Positions 50,532 through 62,500 of a stretch of DNA of 64,000 nt are shown one piece after another (within the stretch, counting starts at the first letter, position 1; each line of letters begins with the position of its first letter). The stretch comes from Selaginella moellendorffii (Eukaryota > Plantae > Lycopodiophyta). The notes beneath the pieces were generated by a model. That model did no database searches, was not told where the DNA came from, and worked only from the letters and a program-made list of their open reading frames with translations. The DNA is taken from assembly GCF_000143415.4 (NCBI RefSeq), contig NW_003314290.1:1395897-1459896 (forward strand), in the 5' to 3' direction. Made by a program: the position numbers and the translations under genes.

Positions 50532-52142
50532 ATGGGCCAGCAGGATCTGAGGCGGAATCGTGCCCAGCAGCAGAGGAATCAAACTACATTGTTGCATGGC
50601 CGATCGAGGAGCGGCGGTGGCCGCGGCGGCGGCGGCAGTGGCAGTGGCAATGGTGGGCGATTCTCGGTGTGCTCTTCGTGGTTCGATGTGCGCGTGCTCT
50701 ACGCCCGCGTCGCGTTCTGCGCCGTGGAGGAGGCGCCGGAGCTCCTCACGATCTGGTTCCCGCCGCGCGGCATCGACATCGCGCTGGAGGTGAATGGAGG
50801 CCGCGTCGCGCCGTCCGAGGAGGCATGCATCGCCCTCCGGCGGGACCGCCTGGACTTAGAGTCCGAGGAGGTGACGTTCGTGAGCACGGACAACCTTCGG
50901 ACGTCTGGATCGCTGGCTTTCGAGATCTACCATCGCCACGACTTCCTGGTGTCGGGCTGCCTCAAGCAATCGGTGATCAGCAGCCACGATAGCTCCAGCT
51001 TCTGTGAGGGAGGTATGCCGGGGATTAGAAAGCTCGGGTGGCGGATGGAGTGTAGCTGCGAGGCCGGTAGCTCAAAGTGCTCGTTTGTTCGCGTCCAGCA
51101 GCACCACTTACGATCGCCACCACCACCGCCATCGCCATCGCCCTCTTCTTCTTCCAGTTCCAGCTCGAGCTTGACGACTTTGATGGAAGTTTGCGTGGTG
51201 GGGAGGTATATCGGGTCTCCGGTGATTCTAACCCAGACTGTCCAGCTTAATGCGAGGAGAAGCCGGCTCAGGTGCACGGTGCTAGATGTCATCCCGGAGG
51301 ACGAGGAGTGCTGTGGCGCCGCCACCCCGACGCCCAAGAACAGGTGCTTTGGCAGCGGTGGCGGTGGTGGTGGTGGAGTGCCGAGGAACTGTTTCGTGAC
51401 CGATCAACAGCAGCAACAACTGGTAGGTTCCCTTAGCCTTTTGGTTTCTTGCCTTCCTTCCGGCCCCTCTCGTTTTGTTGGTTTGCACTGGTTTCTAGGA
51501 TTTGATTCCTGGGTGGAGATGGTGGCTGCGATTGTTTAGAGTTTTATAGGCATTGTTTTTGCTCTCTCTTTCTCCAGCTCTTTTTCTTTTATTCCTATTG
51601 CTGCTGCTTCTCTCCCTCTCTCAGTTATTATCTCCCAGCCAGCAGCATTCATCAGTTTCTCCGAGTGTTTTCTTGCGACAGTCTGTCCATGATTGCCTGC
51701 CGCTGTCTGGCCACCAGTTTCGTTTTCCCGTGTTTTTGTTTAGGTCCGGAGATTCTCTCTTCCCATGGACCCGCGCTGATCCCTCGCTTGATTTGATGGC
51801 TTTGACTAACAATATCTCTCGCACTCGCTCTCTAAAATCTTATAAATCTCTTTGTCGCTGCAGGGCAAGAACTTCCCAGAGGCTGCCGAAGTATCCGTAT
51901 CAGCCGTCAAAAGCAGAGACGGCGACGACGGCGTGGATCGCGACGACGATGACGACGAAGAGTTTCGCAAGCTGTACGAGAGCGACTACGAGGAGAATGG
52001 AGACGTCTCGTGGTTTAACGCGGGCGTCCGGGTTGGAGTTGGCATCGGGCTGGGGATGTGCTTGGGCGTCGGGCTGGGAGTCGGGCTCATGGTACGCACT
52101 TACAACGCCACCGCCAGATCCTTCCGCCGAGGTCTTCTCTGA
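50532..52142 (+). CDS. At1g01500-like uncharacterised protein with C-terminal Gly-rich TM anchor, 2 exons
   Basis: WFDVRVLY..LEVNG..LRRDR..VTFVSTD and the C-terminus SWFNAGVRVGVGIGLGMCLGVGLGVGLMVRTY. Confidence 0.85.
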
Positions 52143-52492
52143 TCTTCATGCTTCTCCCTCTTGTGCTTGTGAATAGAGCGCTTTCTTTTTTACTTTCTTT
52201 CTTTCTTTCCTCAAACTAAGAGAGGCCGTTAATAAATAGGTAGAATCCGCAAAATTTTGTTTGTATCTATTTTTATTTTTTTCTCCCATCTTTCTTCTGC
52301 TTGATTATATATATTTTGTTTCTGTACGTTGGGAATATCAATAGAGAAAAACGGCAGACCGACGGATCTAAAAATTTTTGGTTGGGATCGTGACATTGTC
52401 AATTTGTCACGGGAGAGAGAGAATGAGAGAGCTCGAGCTTTTAAAAAAGTAAGCCGCGGATTCTTTTTTGGGTATGCTGCGGCTTCTATCGG

Positions 52493-54896
52493 CTACATGC
52501 CGAGCCGACAAATCGGGTTTGACTTGATTAGCTTGAGGTCGACCTGCGCAGCAAACACAGGTCAACACATGTGTCTACTCTCTTTCGTCACAGCTCACCT
52601 TGTGTCCAAAGAGATCTCTTATGTTGTCGATGCCATATAAAATCATCGTGGGCCTAGAAAGCGAAGCGAACATGAAGAACAAACAAGAAACGCGAAAACC
52701 AAGAAATACCTTTCTAGAGATAGCCCCCATGCAATCACAGAGACGTCATCTGGAAGTCCCATTGGAAGGAGCATCTCGGGTCTAAACATGCCCGAGTTTC
52801 CGACTTCCACCCACTTATTCAGCTGCTCGTGATAGCTGTTGCAGCACGAAATAAGTGTCAGCAGCGCGGACGATCCGTAGAGAGGATATACTTGCCTGAA
52901 AATCTCCATGCTCGGTTCGGTATACGGGTTGTACGCCGGCTTGAATCTCAGCTTCTTCATTCCTGTCAATGCGTTTTAAGCCGAAGAAGAAAAGAGTCGC
53001 TGGGTGGTAGAAAGTGTGGCTCACCTAACCGAGAGAAAAAGTCATTAAGAACCCCAATGAGATCTCCGAGTGTTAGGCCCTTGTCACAAATCAAGCCTGA
53101 AAATATTACGGTCATTTTGGTGACACAAGAGAAAAGAGACCGCCTTAAACTCACCCTCAATTTGATGGAACTCTGCCAGATGCGTTCTGTCTACTGCTTC
53201 GTTGCGAAAGACACGATCAATGGAGAAATAACGCTTGGGAACAAATCCATCCTATTGGGAAACCAAACAAAAGGTCAGTTGGCCAGCTAGTTGATGCCTT
53301 CAAGACCCCCGTACCTGGGCCAATTTGTACAGCATACGAGAAGAAACAGCAGTCGTATGTGTACGTAAAACATTCTTCTCGGCCTCCTCCCTTTTCCAAT
53401 CGTACATGTATCTGCTCCAGGTACAAAGTTTTGAGTGCAAGAAGAAGACGATAGATAAATCATACCCAATGGAACCAAAGCCACCTTGTTCATGGATTGT
53501 CTTCACACGCTCCAGGTAGTCTTCCGGGAATGTCTGCGTTTTACAAGGACCTACATGACCATAAAATGATAAACATATCACGAACACACTTACTTTTTAA
53601 GAAGAATGTGTCGTGTGAGTCCCGGGCAGGATGCTGCTGCGGCTGGAACAAGGCATCGAAATTCCAGAAGCTATCGTAAAGACAAATGCTTAAACTCGAC
53701 GCAATTGTTGTCAAGACAAGTACCTGCTTTCAACAAAATTGTTCGTAGGCATCTCCTCAAACCTGTAACCAGTATGATTGCAGTTTTATATAAATAAGGA
53801 AGTCACGAAACCCACCCCATCTCCAAGAAAATCTGCCTGAACTTTGTTCGCACCTGAAGGAGACTGTTAACAATGGAGAAGAAAATGGCAAACTCCTGCT
53901 ACCTTCAGCAATGGATGTAAATGACCACCTTCCGTTGGTTGTCCAAGAGCTTGGAAATTGTACGGTTTGAATGCAACCTCTGACCAGGTTTCCCTGGAAA
54001 AACAAGATTGTATCAATTTCCGAAGTAACACTCTTAGATTTACTTTAGTAGCATCTCACGAGTAACCTCAGTTGCCGCTTTCGTTCTCGTTGGAGCGTAA
54101 TTCGCTCCCTTTGTTATGGAATACGCCTTCCATACCCTGTAAGAACGTTTATCAAAAACGAAACTCTTGATCCCCGAAAAAAGAATATATACTTAGGAAC
54201 TATAAGCTTCCGTTTTTTCAAAGCATCAATGTCAGCCGCTGATAAGTTCTGGAAAAAAGCAGACAAATATGAAACTTAGACTCGCGACAATATAAATTTC
54301 TTCACCTTGCCATCCTTAATGTCTAGTAGCTGTTGTTTCACAACATCCTCAACCTTCAAAACCTTGTGAAGAAAGAAACGGAAGTTAGAATAACACAACA
54401 AAACTTCTATAGTCTTACCTTACGAGAAACCAATGGCTTGGTCTCCAGCCACTTGTTACTCATTGCTTTGCGGAAACCAATGGAAAACACACTGTCATCC
54501 AGCTTTCTCTACAAATAGAAGATAGAAGATATCAAAGGAATCACAATAGCGTGACACAAACCTGCAAATCTTCTCGCGAAATCCCTCCAGCCGGAACCGC
54601 GTCAAACACTTGTACCTCGGGGGAGCCATTCCGGCTGTACACCAGCCCCTCCTCCGTCAACTCCCACGACTCCCGTCTCACATCCTACACAATGCGGGCG
54701 TTGCCGACCACAATCCTCGCGAAATCGACCTCACCTTGGCCTCAATGAAGCCAAATCCGTGCAAACTCTTGATCGTCCCCGCCAGCAGCTCGTGATCCAC
54801 GCCTAGATCCCGCGCAAACGCCTCGGAATTGGAAATCTCGGCATTCGACTCCAGGAAAGCGAGAAGCGCCCTCTCGGCGCCATCGGCGTCCCTCAT
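52493..54896 (-). CDS. FARSA: Phenylalanine-tRNA ligase alpha subunit, cytosolic
   Basis: [71 protein letters not shown] and [12 protein letters not shown]. Confidence 0.96.
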
Positions 54897-54972
54897 CCCC
54901 ACTACAACCCTAAGTTTCCACTAAACCCTAAATCCCCGAAAACTTTAATGCATTAGTTTTATTCCGTACAAT

Positions 54973-56221
54973 TCACTTGTAATTGTACGCCATTGGGCCG
55001 AGGACCGCTTTGACAACATCGCAGCCGTCGGTCACGTTGTAGCTAAAGGGGAGTCCGTACGAATCCGCCGAGAACATATTGCTGTTAGAGCCGCCAGTTC
55101 CCAGGCAGCTTGGAACCCACAGCCCCTCGTCCGCAGTCCCGTTGCTCCCAGCGAGCTTGTCCTTGTACCGCGAGAGCCTGTTCGTAAACTCCGCCACCGA
55201 GATCTTGTATGGATAGACGTTGTGCTGGAAGTTCTGGTAGAGCACCGTCCTGATCACCATCTCCTGCCGGGCTTTGGCAGCGGCGAGGGATCCACAGAGC
55301 TGCAAAGACAAGGATTCTGTGAGTTAGCGAGCTCTCTTCTGGCTCTTCCAACTCTCTCCTGGGTAGAAGTAAAAAGAAAGAGCTTACTCTGTTGGTGGCT
55401 GGGCCTTCGCATCTGTCAAGGATACCAGTGTAGCACTTGGTGAGGAGGCCAGAGAACCAGTAAGCTCCCAAGAGTGTGGTGTAGTCGTTCTTGTACCAGT
55501 CGAAATCCGGCCACAGTGTGTGTCCCATAGCATCGTTGACAATCCTGCTAAACCTGGAGCAGCTCACGTCGATCCCCGGCCGGTTGCAAGACTTGTTACT
55601 TCCAAGAGATAACTGGATCGCCCTGGAAAGGAAGACAATGAGAAGGAGAGCTTTGCAGCTAGCTTACTTCAAGTGATCCAGGCTCTGGTAAGCGATCTGC
55701 CGCATCATATCCTCGGCGCTGGGAGAGAGGTACGCCTTCTCGCCACCTCGCGGAGGATCGGTACAGTTCCCAGCGAGGCTAGAGTCCAAGTAGTCCATAG
55801 TCCTCCCCATGGACGCCTGAGTGTAGAACTCAGTAGCCACGTACTCTATGTTGGCGCAGCAGCATAACAGCGTTGCCGACTGCGGGCTTGGTTCGCAACG
55901 TGGCGGCGGTGGACGAGTTGGTGCCGGAGCTGGTGGTGGCGTTCCCGTACTAAAGATCCCGCTTGTTGTTGATATTTGGTGATTCTGGGCTCTCGTGCTG
56001 TTTGTGGATTTGTGAAAACTCTGGAAAACCACCGAGGACTCCGAGCTTCCAGCGGGCGGAGGCGACATTGATGCAGGATGCGGATGGGGACATCCTTTTG
56101 GAGGTTGATAAACTGCGGCCGAGTCCACACAGCACTTATCGTCATCGACCGGCTGAGCATGAAAAGAGCTCACAATCAGTACTAGAGTTGTTGCTGGAAG
56201 AAAGAGACGTTGGAACGCCAT
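54973..56221 (-). CDS. Secreted desiccation-related protein PCC13-62-like (ferritin-like fold), divergent, 3 exons
   Basis: Signal peptide, NIEYVATEFY, LAGN..PPRGGEKAYL, RPGIDVS, VIRTVLYQ..VYPYKISVAEFTNRLS and DEGLWVP. Confidence 0.82.
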
Positions 56222-57241
56222 AGATAGCCCAGGTACCTTCACAAGATTTTATACTCGTACTGCAATGCTCTTTGCCCCTTCGAGGATGAGGCGGAAGACC
56301 CGCGCACTCCAAAATCATGGATTTTATTTAAACGGTCTGCTTCTGCAAGCACAGTAATAAGTAAGCAGTGAGTCAGCGACCAGAAAACTTTTTATGCTTA
56401 ACTGCGCTTTCGATGGTTCATCTCCGTAGCCAGCCTCCCTGCAAAATCCAAGAAAAAACAATCTTCTCTTGAATCCCCGACTGTGACACCTGACGATGAA
56501 ACAACTGTGACTCAAGACAGACATCTTTACAAAGAGACAGGATGCTCCAAACAAGTACATACAAAAACGTGACGAGAAGAAGTTACAACCAAAAGGAAAG
56601 CTGAAATGATCGACAGAGACAACGTTGAGTTTTTAGAGACTTGATTGTGGAAACTAGTGTAGGATATTGCAGTGCTGTTGATAAGGTCGGCCAGCTCTGC
56701 AAAAGCTCAGGCGTTGCTTTCACAAACTTCCAGCTAAAGAATGCATCAAATAGAAGAGTAAGCAACTAAAGCGAAGCGATTCACGTTGTTTAATCACAGA
56801 CCATCCACAGATGACAGCGTCGATGTTTACGCCCACGGCTGCGGAGCAGCACCACCCAGGCAGAACTTTACATAATGGACACATTAACAATTCAGGACCG
56901 GACACGCCAAGAAGCCAACCTCAACAAAAAACAAGGACGAAGAATGCGGCAGCAAACGACTTCCGAGAAGAACAGCTGGTGTCTGTCCTGCCTTGGACTT
57001 CACACACCAGTTAATGATTCTCAGATACAATCCGTTGCTTTCCAAAATCTTGTACAGGAAGCCCGCAGTTTAGTAACAGCAGTGGCAGCCAGAGGCATGC
57101 AGAGACACACACGTTACACGCAGGGAAACAAAACGAAATGCCTGTCTAATCAAACTCAGGAAAAAAAGGACAAGGAAAAGTTTCTTTACATGCAGAAAAG
57201 AACATAGAAAGGCTATGGGATCATAAAACAACAAATAGTAC

Positions 57242-59076
57242 CTATTCAAGACGCCTTGCCACGCTTGTTATCTTCCCAGTTTTCTGGCCATGACATCCTC
57301 GCAAGTGAACCTTCAGAGAATCTGGCTTGAAAGTTCGACCACATTGCCTAGAACAAGAAGACTTCCGAGTAAGTGTAAGCGGCTCCGGGCAGAAACTTAC
57401 GGGCATTCTTGCAGCAACAATCTGAAATCCACGGGAGGAGAACTTGCATTGACAGCCTCTTGGAGGGTCTTTTCCCAATCGAGTCGGCTTCGTCCTGGTG
57501 TTAGAGGCCTGCAACGAAAAAGCTAGAGGAGTTTGAAACTTTGCGAACTAACGGAGTCCTACCTGTCTTCCTTGCACTTCATTTCCTTTTTCGGGGGGCT
57601 GAACTGCACCTTTAGCGTTGGAAGTTCCACATTAACACGTTTTATCGCAGGCGATAGACGGGGGCTGTTGTCTTCGACCTTCCGGGCTTCCTTAGTTGCA
57701 ATAAGCATACTGTTCTGTAACTTTCTTGCCTCCTCGCGAGATGCCTTGTCTACCAAGGATCGTCGGTCCGCATGGCTTGCAGCCGGGGAGTTCGTCGTCT
57801 CCTTCACAACTTCTGGAATAGATTCAGGATCCTGACTCGAGCTGACCAAACGAGCTGGCATCCTAGGAGACTCCCAAGAAGGAAGAACATCGTGTGGAAT
57901 CTTGGAAGCACTCTCCGCTTCGGACCTGGTATCTGCTTTGGACTTGCTCCAAGCCCATGCTTGCGGTGGATAGTGCAACCTGTTGTACTGCATGGAGGAA
58001 CAAGTGTTCGTATCGATCCCACCACAGGAGAGCAGCTGCCGAAGAACCGCAGTGCTTGTTTGCTTCCGGCTACTCTCCTCCAGTTGCTTCCTTACGGTAG
58101 AAACCAAACCAGCTCTCTCAGACTTCGTCCTGGAGCTTTGAGTTTCCTGATCACGTTGACAGCTTCTCTCCTGATCGTGCTGAACATCTCGGTGAAACTG
58201 GAACTCGTGAGTGTTTTTACCAGAATGCTCCTCCGTCTGCGTTGCTGCATCCTTGCCGTGGTCCGCAGTCACAGGAGATGCCGGAGTCTTGTACACTTTG
58301 ACGTCAGTGAAAGTGTTGCCGTTGCTTGATCCATCCGAGTGTGGGTTATCGTAGAAGACTTCGTCCATGGATTCGGTCTTTGCCTGCGTGAGCGTCTCCA
58401 TGAGCTGCCTGTTCACTCTGAGAGCGCCTTCGCAGTTGAAAGCTTTGTTCCTGTTCCTGGGCGATCTGCTGCCAGCGACGGAAGAAGAAGACAATGAGCT
58501 CCGCTTGTCATAGCCTTCGCTTGCTCGCATGGGAGTGTGGTGATGATAAGACATTGGACTCTCGAAATCCTTGTGTTCCTCCTGGATGCTTGGAACTCTT
58601 CCCCGATCGCTACGACTCTCTGGAAGGACGAAACGAATGAAAGATCATCCAAAGAACCAAACTGACCTTGTCTTCCATACACATTCTCCGATCCTTTGAT
58701 GATATACTCATTGTCGCGAAGCGGTAAGATCAGGTCATTCTCTGTCACGTCGTTCCAGATGAAATCGTTCTTGTAGCTCCTGGCAAGAGAAAATCACGCG
58801 AGGAACCACATAAAAAGGGGAGAAAGAAAGAACACAGCGAACCTTTTGTAGGCCCAGGAGAAGGCATCCGGCATGCCTTTCCCTCGCAGCACCGTCAATC
58901 GCTTCTTCACCTCTGCAGCACGAAATTATCTCAGCAAGTCCAAGATATCGACGATCGATCCCATCGAAAATACCGCTCAGGCAGAGACGATTTCCCTCTT
59001 GCTCCACCTCGATGAGATGCGGCTGCTCCATCCGTCCCCCATGGCTGAGATAATACACGACCTGGACACGACACAT
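57242..59076 (-). CDS. SOK: SOSEKI polarity protein (DIX-like DUF966, CG motif, C-terminal C2HC zinc finger)
   Basis: VQVVYYLSHGGRMEQPHLIEV..RLTVLRGKGMPDAFSWAYKRSYKNDFIWNDVTENDLILP..EYIIKGSE, LRQLLSCG, and CSRQCGRTFKPDSLKVHLRGC. Confidence 0.9.
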
Positions 59077-59517
59077 CACTGCATCGATCGATTTGCCGAG
59101 ATGATCGAGCTACAAGGCCGCCGGGATCGATCCAGCTGCTTGCCGATGGCCACACGCGCTGCCGCCACCGCCGCCCGGCCGCCGCCGCCCCAGGCGTGAA
59201 AACAAGAAAGAAACTAAGCAAGCCTAGCTCTACTTGAGTGTGAGTGTGAGACATGGGATATACGGAGGGCCCAGATTAGCAGGACCACAAACGGTCATTC
59301 GGCCCAAACCTTCCGTACGGTCATTTTCTTGATATTTTTTGGAAATATTGTTGCTATACATTCTCATCTTGTGTGATTGGGGCCTATACAATGTAGCTGG
59401 TGGAAAGAGCACTGTGATCGCTATTAGATCGTTTCCTCAGGCGGGAAATTTCTAGGGTTTATCATTTTCTAGGGTTCTAGACGATGAAGGTAACGTTCTT
59501 TCTCGATTCCCAGAGAG

Positions 59518-62500
59518 ATGAAGCGTCTTGTGTTCTTGCAGAGGCAGCATCCTCCCGACGACGACGAGGACGGTCGCGGCAAGCCGAAAGCCAGGGAAGA
59601 TCAAGCCCAGGCGCTCGACTTGAATGCGACTCCGCGAGGATTCGATCTCAATGCGCCATTTTCGGAAGAAGAGGGGCAGGAGTGGATTGCTGGCAGTGGC
59701 CAGGAGGATGCTTTGCATCGCGAGATTTTCAAGCAGCATCTGGAGCCAGCAGCTGATTTGGGAATTGACGAAGGTGTGCTTTTTTGTCTTTGCTTGATTC
59801 CTCATCTCACTTTGACGCTCTCATTTAGATTTGGATATTCTACATTCGATTTGGAGCGCGTGGACACAGGAAAATTGGCAGCGGCTAGACGAGATTCTGG
59901 AGTCTGTGCTTGATGAAATCAGCAGATTTCCATCCTCGCCTCCGAGATATCAGTACCTTACTTGCTTTTACATTTCCAAAAAGCTGCCAAACGCTTTCTG
60001 TCTTCCAAGAACATACAAGGTTCGTCCTCAAGGATATGACTGTTTTTCACTTTCAAGGATTTTCCAGGCTTTGCTTTCCTTCCTTGATTCAAGTCCATCT
60101 GAGGCTTCTACAAAGAAACAAAACTTTCTACCTGGTTTTTCTTGCAAGCTCTTGTTTCGAGCTTTTAATGAAAAGCCCGAATGGCCTTTAGAATTTGTGC
60201 AGGTACGCTGTGGCTGTTTGTCTCACAGAAGGTCTCGTGCTTGGGTTTGAGTGCAGGCCTACTTAGACGATGCGATCAACTTGCGTAACTGGGTGGACAG
60301 TGAGCACTGCAAAGAGTTTGTCGCTAACATACTTACGTCATTTGATGAGGTAATGCTCGATGGTTTTGCATCTTATTTGTACGTGCTTCTTGCTTTTAGG
60401 ACCTGACAGTGGGCACGGAAGATCCATCAGATGTCAAGGGCGATACTGCTCAGGTACTTCGGTTTCCAGTTTACAGCATGTCTAGGAATGCTTTTTGTTT
60501 TATGTAGCAGTGTAGCCTTAAAAACCGATACCCTGGGGACGAAATTCGTCAGAAGGCTAAGGCTGAGTTTATGCAAGCCCTCAATCATCTCTTAAAGGTT
60601 CCATTGATCAAAGAAAATCCCCGTATTCTAAGGTTTTCAACATTTTTTTTCCTTCGAGGTTTATCTCTAAGTCCTGCTCTACAGGATGTTGACACTAGGT
60701 GTAAACTACGAAGAAGTTCGGGTCATTGCATCAAGCATGATGGAGGGCTGGTTGAATACTCCCTTCCATTTTCGTCGCGCGAAACTTCTGCTGGATCGTG
60801 TTCTACATTTTACAAATGGCACAACAATGAAAGATTTTGAAACGGTTGCAAATATTTTATCTCTACGATTGAATCAGGGCGTTTCTCAGGTTAGTGACTT
60901 GTTGGTGCCTAAGTACTTAACCGTGGCACTGTTCCCAGATGAAGAATGCGTCGACCTCGTTTTATACAGAGCTTGTCATTCAGATAGTTCAGAAAAGACC
61001 AGAATACTCGTCTCTGGCATTAAAGGTACTTCGCTTCTAGTGCGTGTTTGATAGCTAATCTTATATACTCAGACATTTCTTACCGCGGAGCTGAATTCGA
61101 CGGGCCCCCATAATATGAAAGGCATTTCAGTTGTTTTAAAGGCTTTGCCGGATTCGCTTTCTCCGGAGAGAGCTTTGGCGTTAGTGATCAAGGTAATACA
61201 TCAGAAAGGATATGCTCTTCCGAATAATGTGCTGCTGTGCAGGAATTGGTTTTAAGTGACGATCATGTAGGACGGCTGCAGGAAGCCGTGACCAGGTACG
61301 TTTTCATCAACGTTTTCGTCATGTTCAGTTTCGTGTAAACTTCAGGGTTTTGAAGCAACTAAAAGAGATTAGCCCTTGTCTCTTATGCCGGGCTCTACTT
61401 GAACCCTGGGATTCTATATTGCAGCAGCAGGATTCAGCCAGGCAGTCATGGTTCAAGCAGGTAAGAATATTATCAAAACGATATCAACCTTTGTTTTAAT
61501 TCTCTACTACTTGGTTGCTGCTACAAGGTGATAGAGCTATCATGCCATTTTCTGATTCAAGCGGCTACTCCTTTTTCCTCCGATGAAAATTTCTCGTTGC
61601 CATTTCTGCGACTGGAAAACGATCTAGAGATGAATCTCTCAAGGAGATATTGCCTCTTTTTAAAGATCTCAGCATGAAGATTATGACCTTTCAAGTAAGA
61701 GCTCTAGAGCTCTCTTACTTGAAGCTCTTTTTCTATTTTGTGTTCTCAGGAGGAAGCGTTAACGTGGTGTGTTGACGTGCTTAGCTCACAGCTAAGCGCT
61801 GGAGATTGCAAGTTTTTCACTACTGCTGTACAGAAGCTTATGTTCTTAGAACCTGTTGAGGTAGGCAGTAGTGCATTGGCTTTTCGAATTTTGACGCTTC
61901 CACCAGGAATATAACTTATCATCGTCGAGTGGTACCGTCGAGCTAAACTCTTTCCAGCTTGTTGCATTCTCCATGCACGCTTCCGAGGAAGTACTTGCGC
62001 GAATAATTTTGATGGGAATATCGGTATTCTCTCTCTTTCGAGTTTTTGGGGACTTGTAATGAAGTTTAGGAACAAACAGAATCAGTTCCCGATGCAGCAA
62101 GAAGATGCTCTTCACATAATTGAGAAGCTGGTGTGGCGGGCGGCCGCTTCGGATAAGCATGCCTTCGGGACGCTGTTTGCTGATAGCTTGCAGGTGAATA
62201 TCAAAGCTTTTATCGTACTTTATCTGCCTAATTTTGGTTTGTAGTTACCTGCAGCGATTATGAAGCTTTCATCGTTTTACTTACCAAGTGTCTCTCGGCA
62301 GCCATTGCCGCAACTTGTCGTAAGCATTGCTGCTTTGAGTTTTGCAAGACCTGAGAAACTTTTGACAGATAAAAGATTTGTACTGGAGGTCTTGCCTAGT
62401 TATTATAGTTATCGCTGCTTATAATCCAGCGACAATTGGTAAGAGCGTTTGGGAGAACTTCCCATCAGTCAGATATCTTCTGCAGTACCTTATAACAGAA

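Noticed and set aside
47940-51337. Numerous antisense and alternative-frame ORFs over the GC-rich F-box and At1g01500-like genes
   Set aside because: They are expected shadow ORFs of high-GC coding sequence and show no independent motifs.
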